From assembly GCF_964355755.1 (NCBI RefSeq), contig NC_092670.1, positions 27,516,388 to 27,580,387 of the forward strand: a stretch of 64,000 nt of DNA. The letters run 5' to 3'. Within the stretch, counting starts at the first letter, position 1; each line of letters begins with the position of its first letter. The DNA is from Antedon mediterranea. Taxonomy: Eukaryota; Animalia; Echinodermata. Both the position numbers and the translations under genes were made by a program. A model generated the notes under the pieces. It saw only the letters and a list, made by a program, of their open reading frames with translations, made no database searches and was not told where the DNA came from. Shown piece by piece: positions 9,161 through 22,411 of this stretch.

Positions 9161-12100
9161 TAAGCACTTTGGTGTTTTTGTGGAACCAAGTTTTTTCGAA
9201 AATCACAAAAGGGTCTATAATGTCTCAAAAAGCGATTTGAAGCTATTCTGTACACTTTGATGTTTTTATGTTAACAAGTTTTTTCGAAAATCACAAAATG
9301 GTCTAAAACGTCTCCAAATGCGATTTGAAGCTATTCTGTACACTTTGTTGTTTAGTGTGAATAATTTTTGTCAAAATGCTCAAAATGGTCAAAAACGTTT
9401 TTAAATACTATATTAAGCTATTTTGTGCTCTTTGATGTTTTTGTTTGAAAAGTTTTATCGAAATGCTCAAAATGGTCTAAAACGGTTTCTAATGTGATTT
9501 TAAGCACTTTGATGTTTTTATGTTAACAACTTTTTTAGAAAATCACAAAATGGTCTAAAACGTCTCCAAATGCGATTTGAAGCAATTCTAAGCACTTTGG
9601 TGTTTTTATGGTAACGAGTTTTTTTGAATATCACAAAATGGTCTAAAATGTCTCCAAATGCGATTTGAAGCTTTTCTAAGCACTTTGGTGTTTTTATGTT
9701 TACAAGTTTTTTCGAAAATCACAAAATGGTCTAAAACGGCTCCAAATGCGATTTGAAGCTATTCTAAGCACTTTGGTGTTTTTATGTTAACAAGTTTTTT
9801 CGAAAATCACAAAATGGTCTAAAACGTCTCCAAATGCGATTTGAAGCTATTCTGTACACTTTGCTGTTTTGTGTGAATAATTTTTGTCGAAATGCTCAAA
9901 ATGGTCAAAAACGTTTTTAAATACGATATTAAGCTATTTTGTGCGCTTTGATGTTTTTGTGTGAAAAGTTTTATCGAAATGCTCAAAATGGTCTAAAACG
10001 GTTTCTAATGTGATTTTAAGCACTTTGATGTTTTTATGTTAACGAGTTTTTTCGAAAATCACAAAATGGTCTAAAATGTCTCCAAATGCGATTTCAAGCT
10101 ATTCTTAGCACTTTGGTGTTTTTATGTTAACAAGTTTTTTCGAAAATCACAAAATAGTCTAAAATGTCTCCAAATGCGATTTGAAGCTTTTCTAAGCACT
10201 TTGGTGTTTTTATGTTTACAAGTTTTTTCGAAAATCACAAAATGGTCTAAAACGTCTCCAAATGCGATTTGAAGCTATTCTAAGCACTTTGGTGTTTTTA
10301 TGTTAACAAGTTTTTTCGAAAATCACAAAATGGTCTAAAACGTCTCCAAATGCGATTTGAAGCTATTCTAAGCACTTTGGTGTTTTTATGTTAACAAGTT
10401 TTTTCGAAAATCACAAAAGCGTCTAAAACGTCTCCAAATGCGATTTGAAGCTATTCTAAGCAATTTGGTGTTTTTGTGTAACCAAGTTTTTTCGAAAATC
10501 ACAAAAGGGTCTAAAATGTCTCAAAATGCGATTTGAAGCTATTCTGTACACTTTGATGTTTTTATGTTAACAAGTTTTTTCGAAAGTCACAAAATGGTCT
10601 AAAACGTATCCAATTGCGATTAGAAGCTATTCTAAGCACTTTTGTGTTTTTATGTTAACAAGTTTTTTCGAAAATCACAAAATGGTGTAAAACGTCTCCA
10701 AATGCGATTTGAAGCTATTCTAAGCACTTTGGTGTTTTTATGTTAACAAGTTTTTTCGAAAATCACAAAATGGTGTAAAACGTCTCCAAATGCGATTTTA
10801 AGCTATTCTAAGCAATTTGGTGTTTTTATGTTAACAAGTTTTTTCGAAAATCACAAAAGGGTCTAAAATGTCTCAAAATGCGATTTGAAGCTATTCTGTA
10901 CACTTTGATGTTTTTATGTTGACAAGTTTTTACGAAAGTCACAAAATGGTCTAAAACGTCTCCAAATGCGATTTGAAGCTATTCTAAGCACTTTGGTGTT
11001 TTTATGTTAACAAGTTTTTTCGAAAATCACAAAATGGTGTAAAACGTCTCCAAATGCGATTTGAAGCTATTCTAAGCACTTTGGTGTTTTTATGTTAACA
11101 AGTTTTTTCGAAAATCACAAAATGGTGTAAAACGTCTCCAAATGCGATTTGAAGCTATTCTAAGCACTTTGGTGTTTTTTATGTTAACAAGTTTTTTCGA
11201 AAATCACAAAATGGTGTAAAACGTCTCCAAATGCGATTTGAAGCTATTGTAAGCACTTTGGTGTTTTTATGTTAACAAGTTTTTTCGAAAATCACAAAAT
11301 GGTGTAAAACGTCTCCAAATGCGATTTTAAGCTATTCTAAGCAATTTGGTGTTTTTATGTTAACAAGTTTTTTCGAAAATCACAAAATGGTCTAAAACGT
11401 CTCCAAATGCGATTTGAAGCTATTCTGTACACTTTACTGTTTTTTGTGATAAATTTTTGTCGAAATGCTCAAAATGGTCAAAAACGTTTTCAAATACGAT
11501 ATTAAGCTATTTTGTGCTCTTTGATGTTTTTGTGTGAAAAGTTTTATCGAAATGCTTAAAATGTTCTAAAACGGTTTCTAATGTGATTTTAAGCACTTTG
11601 ATGTTTTTATGTTAACGAATTTTTTCGAAAATCACAAAATGGTCTAAAATGTCTCCAAATGCGATTTCAAGCTATTCTGAGCACTTTGGTGTTTTATGTT
11701 AACTAGTTTTTTCGAAAATCACAAAATGGTCTAAAACGTCTCCAAATGCGATTTGAAGCTATTCTAAGCAATTTGGTGTTTTTATGTTAACAAGTTTTTT
11801 CGAAAATCACAAAATGGTCTAAAACGTCTCCAAATGCGATTTGAAGCTATTCTAAGCACTTTGGTGTTTTTATGGTAATTTATTTCGAAAATCACAAAAT
11901 TGTCTAAAACATCTCCAAATGCGATTTTAAGCTATTCTAAGCACTTTGGTGTTTTTATGTTAACAAGTTTTTTCGAAAATCACAAAATGGTCTAAAATGT
12001 CTCCAAATGCGATTTGAAGCTTTTCTAAGCACTTTGGTGTTTTTATGTTTACAAGTTTTTTCGAAAATCACAAAATGGTCTAAAACGTCTCCAAATGCGA

Positions 12101-15100
12101 TTTGAAGCTATTCTAAGCACTTTGGTGTTTTTATGTTAACAACTTTTTTAGAAAAAATCACAAAATGGTCTAAAACGGTTTCTAATGTGATTTTAAGCAC
12201 TTTGATGTTTTTATGTTAACAACTTTTTTAGAAAATCACAAAATGGTCTAAAACGTCTCCAAATGCGATTTGAAGCAATTCTAAGCACTTTGGTGTTTTT
12301 ATGGTAACGAGTTTTTTTGAATATCACAAAATGGTCTAAAATGTCTCCAAATGCGATTTGAAGCTTTTCTAAGCACTTTGGTGTTTTTATGTTTACAAGT
12401 TTTTTCGAAAATCACAAAATGGTCTAAAACGGCTCCAAATGCGATTTTAAGCTATTCTAAGCAATTTGGTGTTTTTATGTTAACAAGTTTTTTCGAAAAT
12501 CACAAAATGGTCTAAAACGTCTCCAAATGCGATTTGAAGCTATTCTGTACACTTTACTGTTTTTTGTGAATAATTTTTGTCGAAATGCTCAAAATTTGTC
12601 AAAAACGTTTTCAAATACGATATTAAGCTATTTTGTGTTTTTATGTTAACGAATTTTTTCGAAAATCACAAAATGGTCTAAAATGTCTACAAATGCGATT
12701 TTAAGCTATTCTGAGCACTTTGGTGTTTTATGTTAACTAGTTTTTTCGAAAATCACAAAATGGTCTAAAACGTTGTTTATGTTAACAACTTTTTTAGAAA
12801 ATCACAAAATGGTCTAAAACAGCTCCAAATGCGATTTGAAGCTATTCTAAGCACTTTGGTGTTTTTATGTTAACAAGTTTTTTCGAAAATCACAAAATGG
12901 TCTAAAACGTCTCCAAATGCGATTTGAAGCTATTCTGTACACTTTGATGTCTTTTTGTTAACAAGTTTTTTCGAAAGTCACAAAATGGTCTAAAAAGTCT
13001 CCAAATGCGATTTTAAGGTATTCTAAGCACTTTGGTGTTTTTATGTTAACAAGTTTTATCGAAAATTACAAAATGGTGTAAAACGTCTCCAAATGCGATT
13101 TGAAGCTATTCTAAGCACTTTGGTGTTTTTATGTTAACAAGTTTTTTCGAAAATCACAAAATGGTGTAAAACGTCTCCAAATGCGATTTTAAGCTATTCT
13201 AAGCAATTTGGTGTTTTTATGTTAACAAGTTTTTTCGAAAATCACAAAATGGTCTAAAACGTCTCCAAATGCGATTTGAAGCTATTCTGTACACTTTGCT
13301 GTTTTGTGAGAATAATTTTTGTCGAAATGCTCAAAATGGTCAAAAACGTTTTTAAATACGATATTAAGCTATTTTGTGCTCTTTGATGTTTTTGTGTGAA
13401 AAGTTTTATCGAAATGCTCAAAATGGTCTAAAACGGTTTCTAATGTGATTTTAAGCACTTTGATGTTTTTATGTTAACAACTTTTTTAGAAATTTACAAA
13501 ATGGTGTAAAACGTCTCCAAATGCGATTTGAAGCTATTCTAAGCAATTTCGTGTTTTTATGTTAACAAGTTTTTTCGAAAATCACAAAATGGTCTAAAAC
13601 GTCTCCAAATGCGATTTGAAGCTATTCTAAGCACGTTTGTGTTTTTATGTTAACAAGTTTTTTCGAAAATCACAAAATGGTCTAAAATGTCTCCAAATGC
13701 GATTTTAAGGTATTCTAAGCACTTTGGTGTTTTTATGTTAACAAGTTTTTTCGAAAATCACAAAATGGTCTAAAACGTCTACAAATGCGATTTGAAGCTA
13801 TTCTAAGCACTTTGGTGTTTTTATGTTAACAAGTTTTTTCGAAAATCACAAAATGGTATAAAACGTCTCCAAATGCGATTTGAAGATTTTCTAAGCACTT
13901 TGGTTTTTTTATGTTTACAAGTTTTTTCGAAAATCACAAAATGGTCTAAAACGTCTCCAAATGCGATTTGAAGCTATTCTGTACACTTTGCTGTTTTGTG
14001 TGAATAATTTTGTCAAAATGCTCAAAATCGTCAAAAACGTTTTTAAATACTATATTAAGCTATTTTGTGTTCTTTGATGTTTTTGTGTGAAAAGTTTTAT
14101 CGAAATGCTCAAAATGGTCTAAAACGGTTTCTAATGAAATGATTTTAAGAACTTTGATGTTTTTATGTTAACAACTTTTTTAGAAAATCACAAAATGGTC
14201 TAAAACGTCTCCAAATGCGATTTGAAGCAATTCTAAGCACTTTGGTGTTTTTATGTTAACAAGTTTTTTCGAAAATCACAAAATGGTATAAAACCTCTCC
14301 AAATGCGATTTTAAGGTATTCTAAGCACTTTGGTGTTTTTATGTTAACAAGTTTTTTCGAAAATCACAAAATGGTCTAAAACGTCTACAAATGCGATTTG
14401 AAGCTATTCTAAGCACTTTGGTGTTTTTATGTTAACAAGTTTTTTCGAAAATCACAAAATGGTATAAAACGTCTCCAAATGCGATTTTAAGCTATTCTAA
14501 GCAATTTGGTGTTTTTATGTTAACAAGTTTTTTCGAAAATCACAAAATGGTCGAAAATGTCACAAAATGCGATTTGAAGCTATTCTAAGCACTTTGGTGT
14601 TATTATGTTAACAAGTTTTTTCGAAAATCACAAATTGGTCTAAAACGTCTCCAAATGCGATTTGAAGCTATTTTAAGCACTTTGGTGTTTTTGTGTAACC
14701 AAGTTTTTTCGAAAATCACAAAAGGGTCTAAAATGTCTCAAAATGCGATTTGAAGCTATTCTGTACACTTTGATGTTTTTTTGTTAACAAGTTTTTTCGA
14801 AAGTCACAAAATGGTCTAAAACGTCTCCAAATGCGATTTGAAGCTATTCTAAGCACTTTGGTGTTTTTATGTTAACAAGTTTTTTCGAAAATCACAAAAT
14901 GGTGTAAAACGTCTCCAAATGCGATTTGAAGCTATTCTAAGCACTTTGGTGTTTTTATGTTAACAAGTTTTTTCGAAAATCACAAAATGGTGTAAAACTT
15001 CTCAGAATACGATTTTAAGCTATTCTAAGCAATTTCGTATTTTTATGTTAACAAGTTTTTTCAAAAATCACAAAATGGTCTAAAACGTCTCCAAATGCGA

Positions 15101-18100
15101 TTTGAAGTTATTCTGTACACTTTGCTGTTTTGTGAGAATAATTTTTGTCGAAATGCTCAAAATGGTCAAAAACGTTTTTAAATACGATATTAAGCTATTT
15201 TGTGCTCTTTGATGTTTTTGTGTGAAAAGTTTTATCGAAATGCTCAAAATGGTCTAAAACGGTTTCTAATGTGATTTTAAGCACTTTGATGTTTTTATGT
15301 TAACAACTTTTTTAGAAAATTACAAAATGGTGTAAAACGTCTCCAAATGCGATTTGAAGCTATTCTAAGCAATTTCGTGTTTTTATGTTAACAAGTTTTT
15401 TCGAAAATCACAAAATGGTCTAAAACGTCTCCAAATGCGATTTGAAGCTATTCTAAGCACTTTTGTGTTTTTATGTTAACAAGTTTTTTCGAAAATCACA
15501 AAATGGTCTAAAATGTCTCCAAATGCGATTTTAAGGTATTCTAAGCACTTTGGTGTTTTTATGTTAACAAGTTTTTTCGAAAATCACAAAATGGTCTAAA
15601 ACGTCTACAAATGCGATTTGAAGCTATTCTAAGCACTTTGGTGTTTTTATGTTAACAAGTTTTTTCGAAAATCACAAAATGGTATAAAACGTCTCCAAAT
15701 GCGATTTGAAGATTTTCTAAGCACTTTGGTGTTTTTATGTTTACAAGTTTTTTCGAAAATCACAAAATGGTCTAAAACGTCTCCAAATGCGATTTTAAGG
15801 TATTCTAAGCACTTTGGTGTTTTTATGTTAACAAGTTTTTTCGAAAATCACAAAATGGTCTAAAACGTCTACAAATGCGATTTGAAGCTATTCTAAGCAA
15901 TTTGGTGTTTTTATGTTAACAAGTTTTTTCGAAAATCACAAAATGGTCGAAAATGTCACAAAATGCGATTTTAAGCTATTGTAAGCACTTTGTTGTTTTT
16001 ATGTTAACAAGTTTTTTTCGAAAATCACAAAATGGTCTAAAACCTCTCCAAATGCGATTTGAAGCTATTCTGTACACTTTGCTGTTTTGTGTGAATAATT
16101 TTTGTCGAAATGCTCAAAATGGTCAAAAACGTTTTTAAATACGATATTAAGCTATTTTGTGCTCTTTGATGTTTTTGTGTGAAAAGTTTTATCGAAATGC
16201 TCAAAATGGTCTAAAACGGTTTCTAATGTGATTTTAAGCACTTTGGTGTTTTTATGTTAACAAGTTTTTTCGAAAATCACAAAATGGTCTAAAACGTCTC
16301 CAAATGTGATTTGAAGCTATTCTAAACACTTTGGTGTTTTTATGTTAACAAGTTTTTTCGAAAATCACAAATTGGTCTAAAACGTCTCCAAATGCGATTT
16401 GAAGCTATTTTAAGCACTTTGGTGTTTTTGTGTAACCAAGTTTTTTCGAAAATCACAAAAGGGTCTAAAATGTCTCAAAATGCGATTTGAAGCTATTCTG
16501 TACACTTTGATGTTTTTTTGTTAACAAGTTTTTTCGAAAGTCACAAAATGCTCTAAAACGTCTCCAAATGCGATTTGAAGCTATTCTAAGCACTTTGCTG
16601 TTTTGTGTGAATAATTTTTGTCGAAATGCTCAAAATGGTCAAAAACGTTTTTAAATACGATATTAAGCTATTTTGTGCTCTTTGATGTTTTTGTGTGAAA
16701 AGTTTTATCGAAATGCTCAAAATGGTCTAAAACGGTTTCTAATGTGATTTTAAGCACTTTGATGTTTTTATGTTAACAACTTTTTTAGAAAATCACAAAA
16801 TGGTCTAAAACGTCTCCAAATGCGATTTGAAGCAATTCTAAGCACTTTGGTGTTTTTATGGTAACGAGTTTTTTTGAATATCACAAAATGGTCTAAAATA
16901 TCTCCAAATGCGATTTGAAGCTTTTCTAAGCACTTTGGTGTTTTTATGTTAACAAGTTTTTTCGAAAATCACAAAATGGTCTAAAACGTCTCCAAATGCG
17001 ATTTGAAGCTTTTCTAAGCACTTTGGTGTTTTTATGTTAACAAGTTTTTTCGAAAATCACAAAATGGTCTAAAACGTCTCCAAATGCGATTTGAAGCTAT
17101 TCTGTACACTTTGCTGTTTTGTGTGAATAATTTTTGTCGAAATGCTCAAAATGGTCAAAAACGTTTTTAAATACGATATTAAGCTATTTTGTGCTCTTTG
17201 ATGTTTTTGTGTGAAAAGTTTTATCGAAATGCTCAAAATGGTCTAAAACGGTTTCTAATGTGATTTTAAGCACTTTGATGTTTTTATGTTAACAACTTTT
17301 TTAGAAAATCACAAAATGGTCTAAAACGTCTCCAAATGCGATTTGAAGCAATTCTAAGCACTTTGGTGTTTTTATGGTAACGAGTTTTTTTGAATATCAC
17401 AAAATGGTCTAAAATGTCTCCAAATGCGATTTGAAGCTTTTCTAAGCACTTTGGTGTTTTTATGTTAACAAGTTTTTTCGAAAATCACAAAATGGTCTAA
17501 AACGTCTCCAAATGCGATTTGAAGCTATTCTGTACACTTTGCTGTTTTGTGTGAATAATTTTTGTCGAAATGCTCAAAATGGTCAAAAACGTTTTTAAAT
17601 ACGATATTAAGCTATTTTGTGCTCTTTGATGTTTTTGTGTGAAAAGTTTTATCGAAATGCTCAAAATGGTCTAAAACGGTTTCTAATGTGATTTTAAGCA
17701 CTTTGATGTTTTTATGTTAACAACTTTTTTAGAAAATCACAAAATGGTCTAAAACGTCTCCAAATGCGATTTGAAGCAATTCTAAGCACTTTGGTGTTTT
17801 TATGGTAACGAGTTTTTTTGAATATCACAAAATGGTCTAAAATGTCTCCAAATGCGATTTGAAGCTTTTCTAAGCACTTTGGTGTTTTTATGTTTACAAG
17901 TTTTTTCGAAAATCACAAAATGGTCTAAAACGGCTCCAAATACGATTTGAAGCTATTCTAAGCACTTTGGTGTTTTTATGTTAACAAGTTTTTTCGAAAA
18001 TCACAAAATGGTCTAAAACGTTTCCAAATGCGATTTGAAGCTATTCTAAGCACTTTGGTGTTTTTATGTTAACAAGTTTTTTCGAAAATCACAAAATGGT

Positions 18101-21100
18101 GTAAAACGTCTCCAAATGCGATTTGAAGCTATTCTAAGTAATTTTGTGTTTTTATGTTAACAAGTTTTTTCGAAAATCACAAAATAGTCTAAAACGTCTC
18201 CAAATGCGATTTGAAGCTATTCTAAGCACTTTTGTGTTTTTATGTTAACAAGTTTTTTCGAAAATCACAAAATGGTCTAAAATGTCTCAAAATGCGATTT
18301 GAAGCTATTCTGTACACTTTGCTGTTTTGTGTGAATAATTTTTGTCAAAATGCTCAAAATGGTCAAAAACGTTTTTAAATACTTTATTAAGCTATTTTGT
18401 GTTCTTTGATGTTTTTGTGTGAAAAGTTTTTTCGAAATGCTCAAAATGGTCTAAAACGGTTTCTAATGTGATTTTAAGCACTTTGATGTTTTTATGTTAA
18501 CAACTTTTTTAGAAAATTACAAAATGGTCTAAAACGTCTCCAAATGCGATTTGAAGCAATTCTAAGCACTTTGGTGTTTTTATGTTAACAAGTTTTTTCG
18601 AAAATCACAAAATGGTCTAAAACGTCTCCAAATGCGATTTGAAGCTATTCTGTACACTTTGCTGTTTTGTGTGAATAATTTTTGTTGAAATGCTCAAAAT
18701 GGTCAAAAACGTTTTTAAATACGATATTAAGCTATTTTGTGCTCTTTGATGTTTTTGTGTGAAAAGTTTTATCGAAATGCTAAAAATGGTCTAAAACGGT
18801 TTCTAATGTGATTTTAAGCACTTTGGTGTTTTTATGTTAACAAGTTTTTTCGAAAATCACAAAATGGTCTAAAATGTCTCCAAATGCGATTTGAAGCTTT
18901 TCTAAGCACTTTGGTGTTTTTATGTTAACAAGTTTTTTCGAAAATCACAAAATGGTCTAAAACGTCTCCAAATGTGATTTGAAGCTATTCTAAACACTTT
19001 GGTGTTTTTATGTTAACAAGTTTTTTCGAAAATCACAAATTGGTCTAAAACGTCTCCAAATGCGATTTGAAGCTATTTTAAGCACTTTGGTGTTTTTGTG
19101 TAACCAAGTTTTTTCGAAAATCACAAAAGGGTCTAAAATGTCTCAAAATGCGATTTGAAGCTATTCTGTACACTTTGATGTTTTTTTGTTAACAAGTTTT
19201 TTCGAAAGTCACAAAATGGTCTAAAAAGTCTCCAAATGCGATTTGAAGCTATTCTAAGCACTTTGGTGTTTTTATGTTAACAAGTTTTTTTGAAAATCAC
19301 AAAATGGTCTAAAACGTCTACAAATGCGATTTGAAGCTATTCTAAGCACTTTGGTGTTTTTATGTTAACAAGTTTTTTCGAAAATCACAAAATGGTATAA
19401 AACGTCTCCAAATGCGATTTGAAGATTTTCTAAGCACTTTGGTGTTTTTATGTTTACAAGTTTTTTCGAAAATCACAAAATGGTCTAAAACGTCTCCAAA
19501 TGCGATTTGAAGCTATTCTGTACACTTTGCTGTTTTGTTTGAATAATTTTGTCAAAATGCTCAAAATGGTCAAAAACGTTTTTAAATACTATATTAAGCT
19601 ATTTTGTGTTCTTTGATGTTTTTGTGTGAAAAGTTTTATCGAAATGCTCAAAATGGTCTAAAACGGTTTCTAATGAAATGATTTTAAGAACTTTGATGTT
19701 TTTATGTTAACAACTTTTTTAGAAAATCACAAAATGGTCTAAAACGTCTCCAAATGCGATTTGAAGCAATTCTAAGCACTTTGGTGTTTTTATGTTAACA
19801 AGTTTTTTCGAAAATCACAAAATGGTATAAAACCTCTCCAAATGCGATTTTAAGGTATTCTAAGCACTTTGGTGTTTTTATGTTAACAAGTTTTTTCGAA
19901 AATCACAAAATGGTCTAAAACGTCTACAAATGCGATTTGAAGCTATTCTAAGCACTTTGGTGTTTTTATGTTAACAAGTTTTTTCGAAAATCACAAAATG
20001 GTATAAAACGTCTCCAAATGCGATTTTAAGGTATTCTAAGCACTTTGGTGTTTTTATGTTAACAAGTTTTTTCGAAAATCACAAAATGGTCGAAAATGTC
20101 ACAAAATGCGATTTGAAGCTATTCTAAGCACTTTGGTGTTATTATGTTAACAAGTTTTTTCGAAAATCACAAATTGGTCTAAAACGTCTCCAAATGCGAT
20201 TTGAAGCTATTTTAAGCACTTTGGTGTTTTTGTGTAACCAAGTTTTTTCGAAAATCACAAAAGGGTCTAAAATGTCTCAAAATGCGATTTGAAGCTATTC
20301 TGTACACTTTGATGTTTTTTTGTTAACAAGTTTTTTCGAAAGTTACAAAATGGACTAAAACGTCTCCAAATGCGATTTGAAGCTATTCTAAGCACTTTGG
20401 TGTTTTTATGTTAACAAGTTTTTTCGAAAATCACAAAATGGTGTAAAACGTCTCCAAATGCGATTTGAAGCTATTCTAAGCACTTTGGTGTTTTTATGTT
20501 AACAAGTTTTTTCGAAAATCACAAAATGGTGTAAAACTTCTCCAAATACGATTTTAAGCTATTCTAAGCAATTTGGTGTTTTTATGTTAACAAGTTTTTT
20601 TCGAAAATCACAAATGGTCTAAAACGTCTCCAAATGCGATTTGAAGTTATTCTGTACACTTTGCTGTTTTGTGAGAATAATTTTTGTCGAAATGCTCAAA
20701 ATGGTCAAAAACGTTTTTAAATACGATATTAAGCTATTTTGTGCTCTTTGATGTTTTTGTGTGAAAAGTTTTATCGAAATGCTCAAAATGGTCTAAAACG
20801 GTTTCTAATGTGATTTTAAGCACTTTGATGTTTTTATGTTAACAACTTTTTTAGAAAATTACAAAATGGTGTAAAACGTCTCCAAATGCGATTTGAAGCT
20901 ATTCTATGCAATTTGGTGTTTTTATGTTAACAAGTTTTTTCGAAATTCACAAAAGGGTCTAAAACGTCTCCAAATGCGATTTGAAGCTATTCTAAGCACT
21001 TTTGTGTTTTTATGTTAACAAGTTTTTTCGAAAATCACAAAATGGTCTAAAATGTCTCCAAATGCGATTTTAAGGTATTCTAAGCACTTTGGTGTTTTTA

Positions 21101-22411
21101 TGTTAATAATTTTTGTCAAAATGCTCAAAATGGTCAAAAACGTTTTTAAATACTATATTAAGCTATTTTGTGTTCTTTGATGTTTTTGTGTGAAAAGTTT
21201 TATCGAAATGCTCAAAATGGTCTAAAACGGTTTCTAATGAAATGATTTTAAGAACTTTGATGTTTTTATGTTAACAACTTTTTTAGAAAATCACAAAATG
21301 GTCTAAAACGTCTCCAAATGCGATTTGAAGCAATTCTAAGCACTTTGGTGTTTTTATGTTAACAAGTTTTTTCGAAAATCACAAAATGGTATAAAACGTC
21401 TCCAAATGCGATTTTAAGGTATTCTAAGCACTTTGGTGTTTTTATGTTAACAAGTTTTTTCGAAAATCACAAAATGGTCTAAAACGTCTACAAATGCGAT
21501 TTGAAGCTATTCTAAGCACTTTGGTGTTTTTATGTTAACAAGTTTTTTCGAAAATCACAAAATGGTCTAAAACGTCTCCAAATGCGATTTGAAGCTATTC
21601 TGTACACTTTGCTGTTTTGTGTGAATAATTTTTGTCGAAATGCTCAAAATGGTCAAAAACGTTTTTAAATACGATATTAAGCTATTTTGTGCTCTTTGAT
21701 GTTTTTGTGTGAAAAGTTTTATCGAAATGCTCAAAATGGTCTAAAACGGTTTCTAATGTTAACAAGTTTTTTCGAAAATCACAAAATGGTCGAAAATGTC
21801 ACAAAATGCGATTTTAAGCTATTCTAAGCACTTTGTTGTTTTTATGTTAACAAGTTTTTTTCGAAAATCACAAAATGGTCTAAAACCTCTCCAAATGCGA
21901 TTTGAAGCTATTCTGTACACTTTGCTGTTTTGTGTGAATAATTTTTGTCGAAATGCTCAAAATGGTCAAAAACGTTTTTAAATACGATATTAAGCTATTT
22001 TGTGCTCTTTGATGTTTTTGTGTGAAAAGTTTTATCGAAATGCTCAAAATGGTCTAAAACGGTTTCTAATGTGATTTTAAGCACTTTGGTGTTTTTATGT
22101 TAACAAGTTTTTTTCGAAAATCACAAAATGGTCTAAAACGTCTCCAAATGTGATTTGAAGCTATTCTAAACACTTTGGTGTTTTTATGTTAACAAGTTTT
22201 TTCGAAAATCACAAATTGGTCTAAAACGTCTCCAAATGCGATTTGAAGCTATTTTAAGCACTTTGGTGTTTTTGTGTAACCAAGTTTTTTCGAAAATCAC
22301 AAAAGGGTCTAAAATGTCTCAAAATGCGATTTGAAGCTATTCTGTACACTTTGATGTTTTTTTGTTAACAAGTTTTTTCGAAAGTCACAAAATGGTCTAA
22401 AACGTCTCCAA

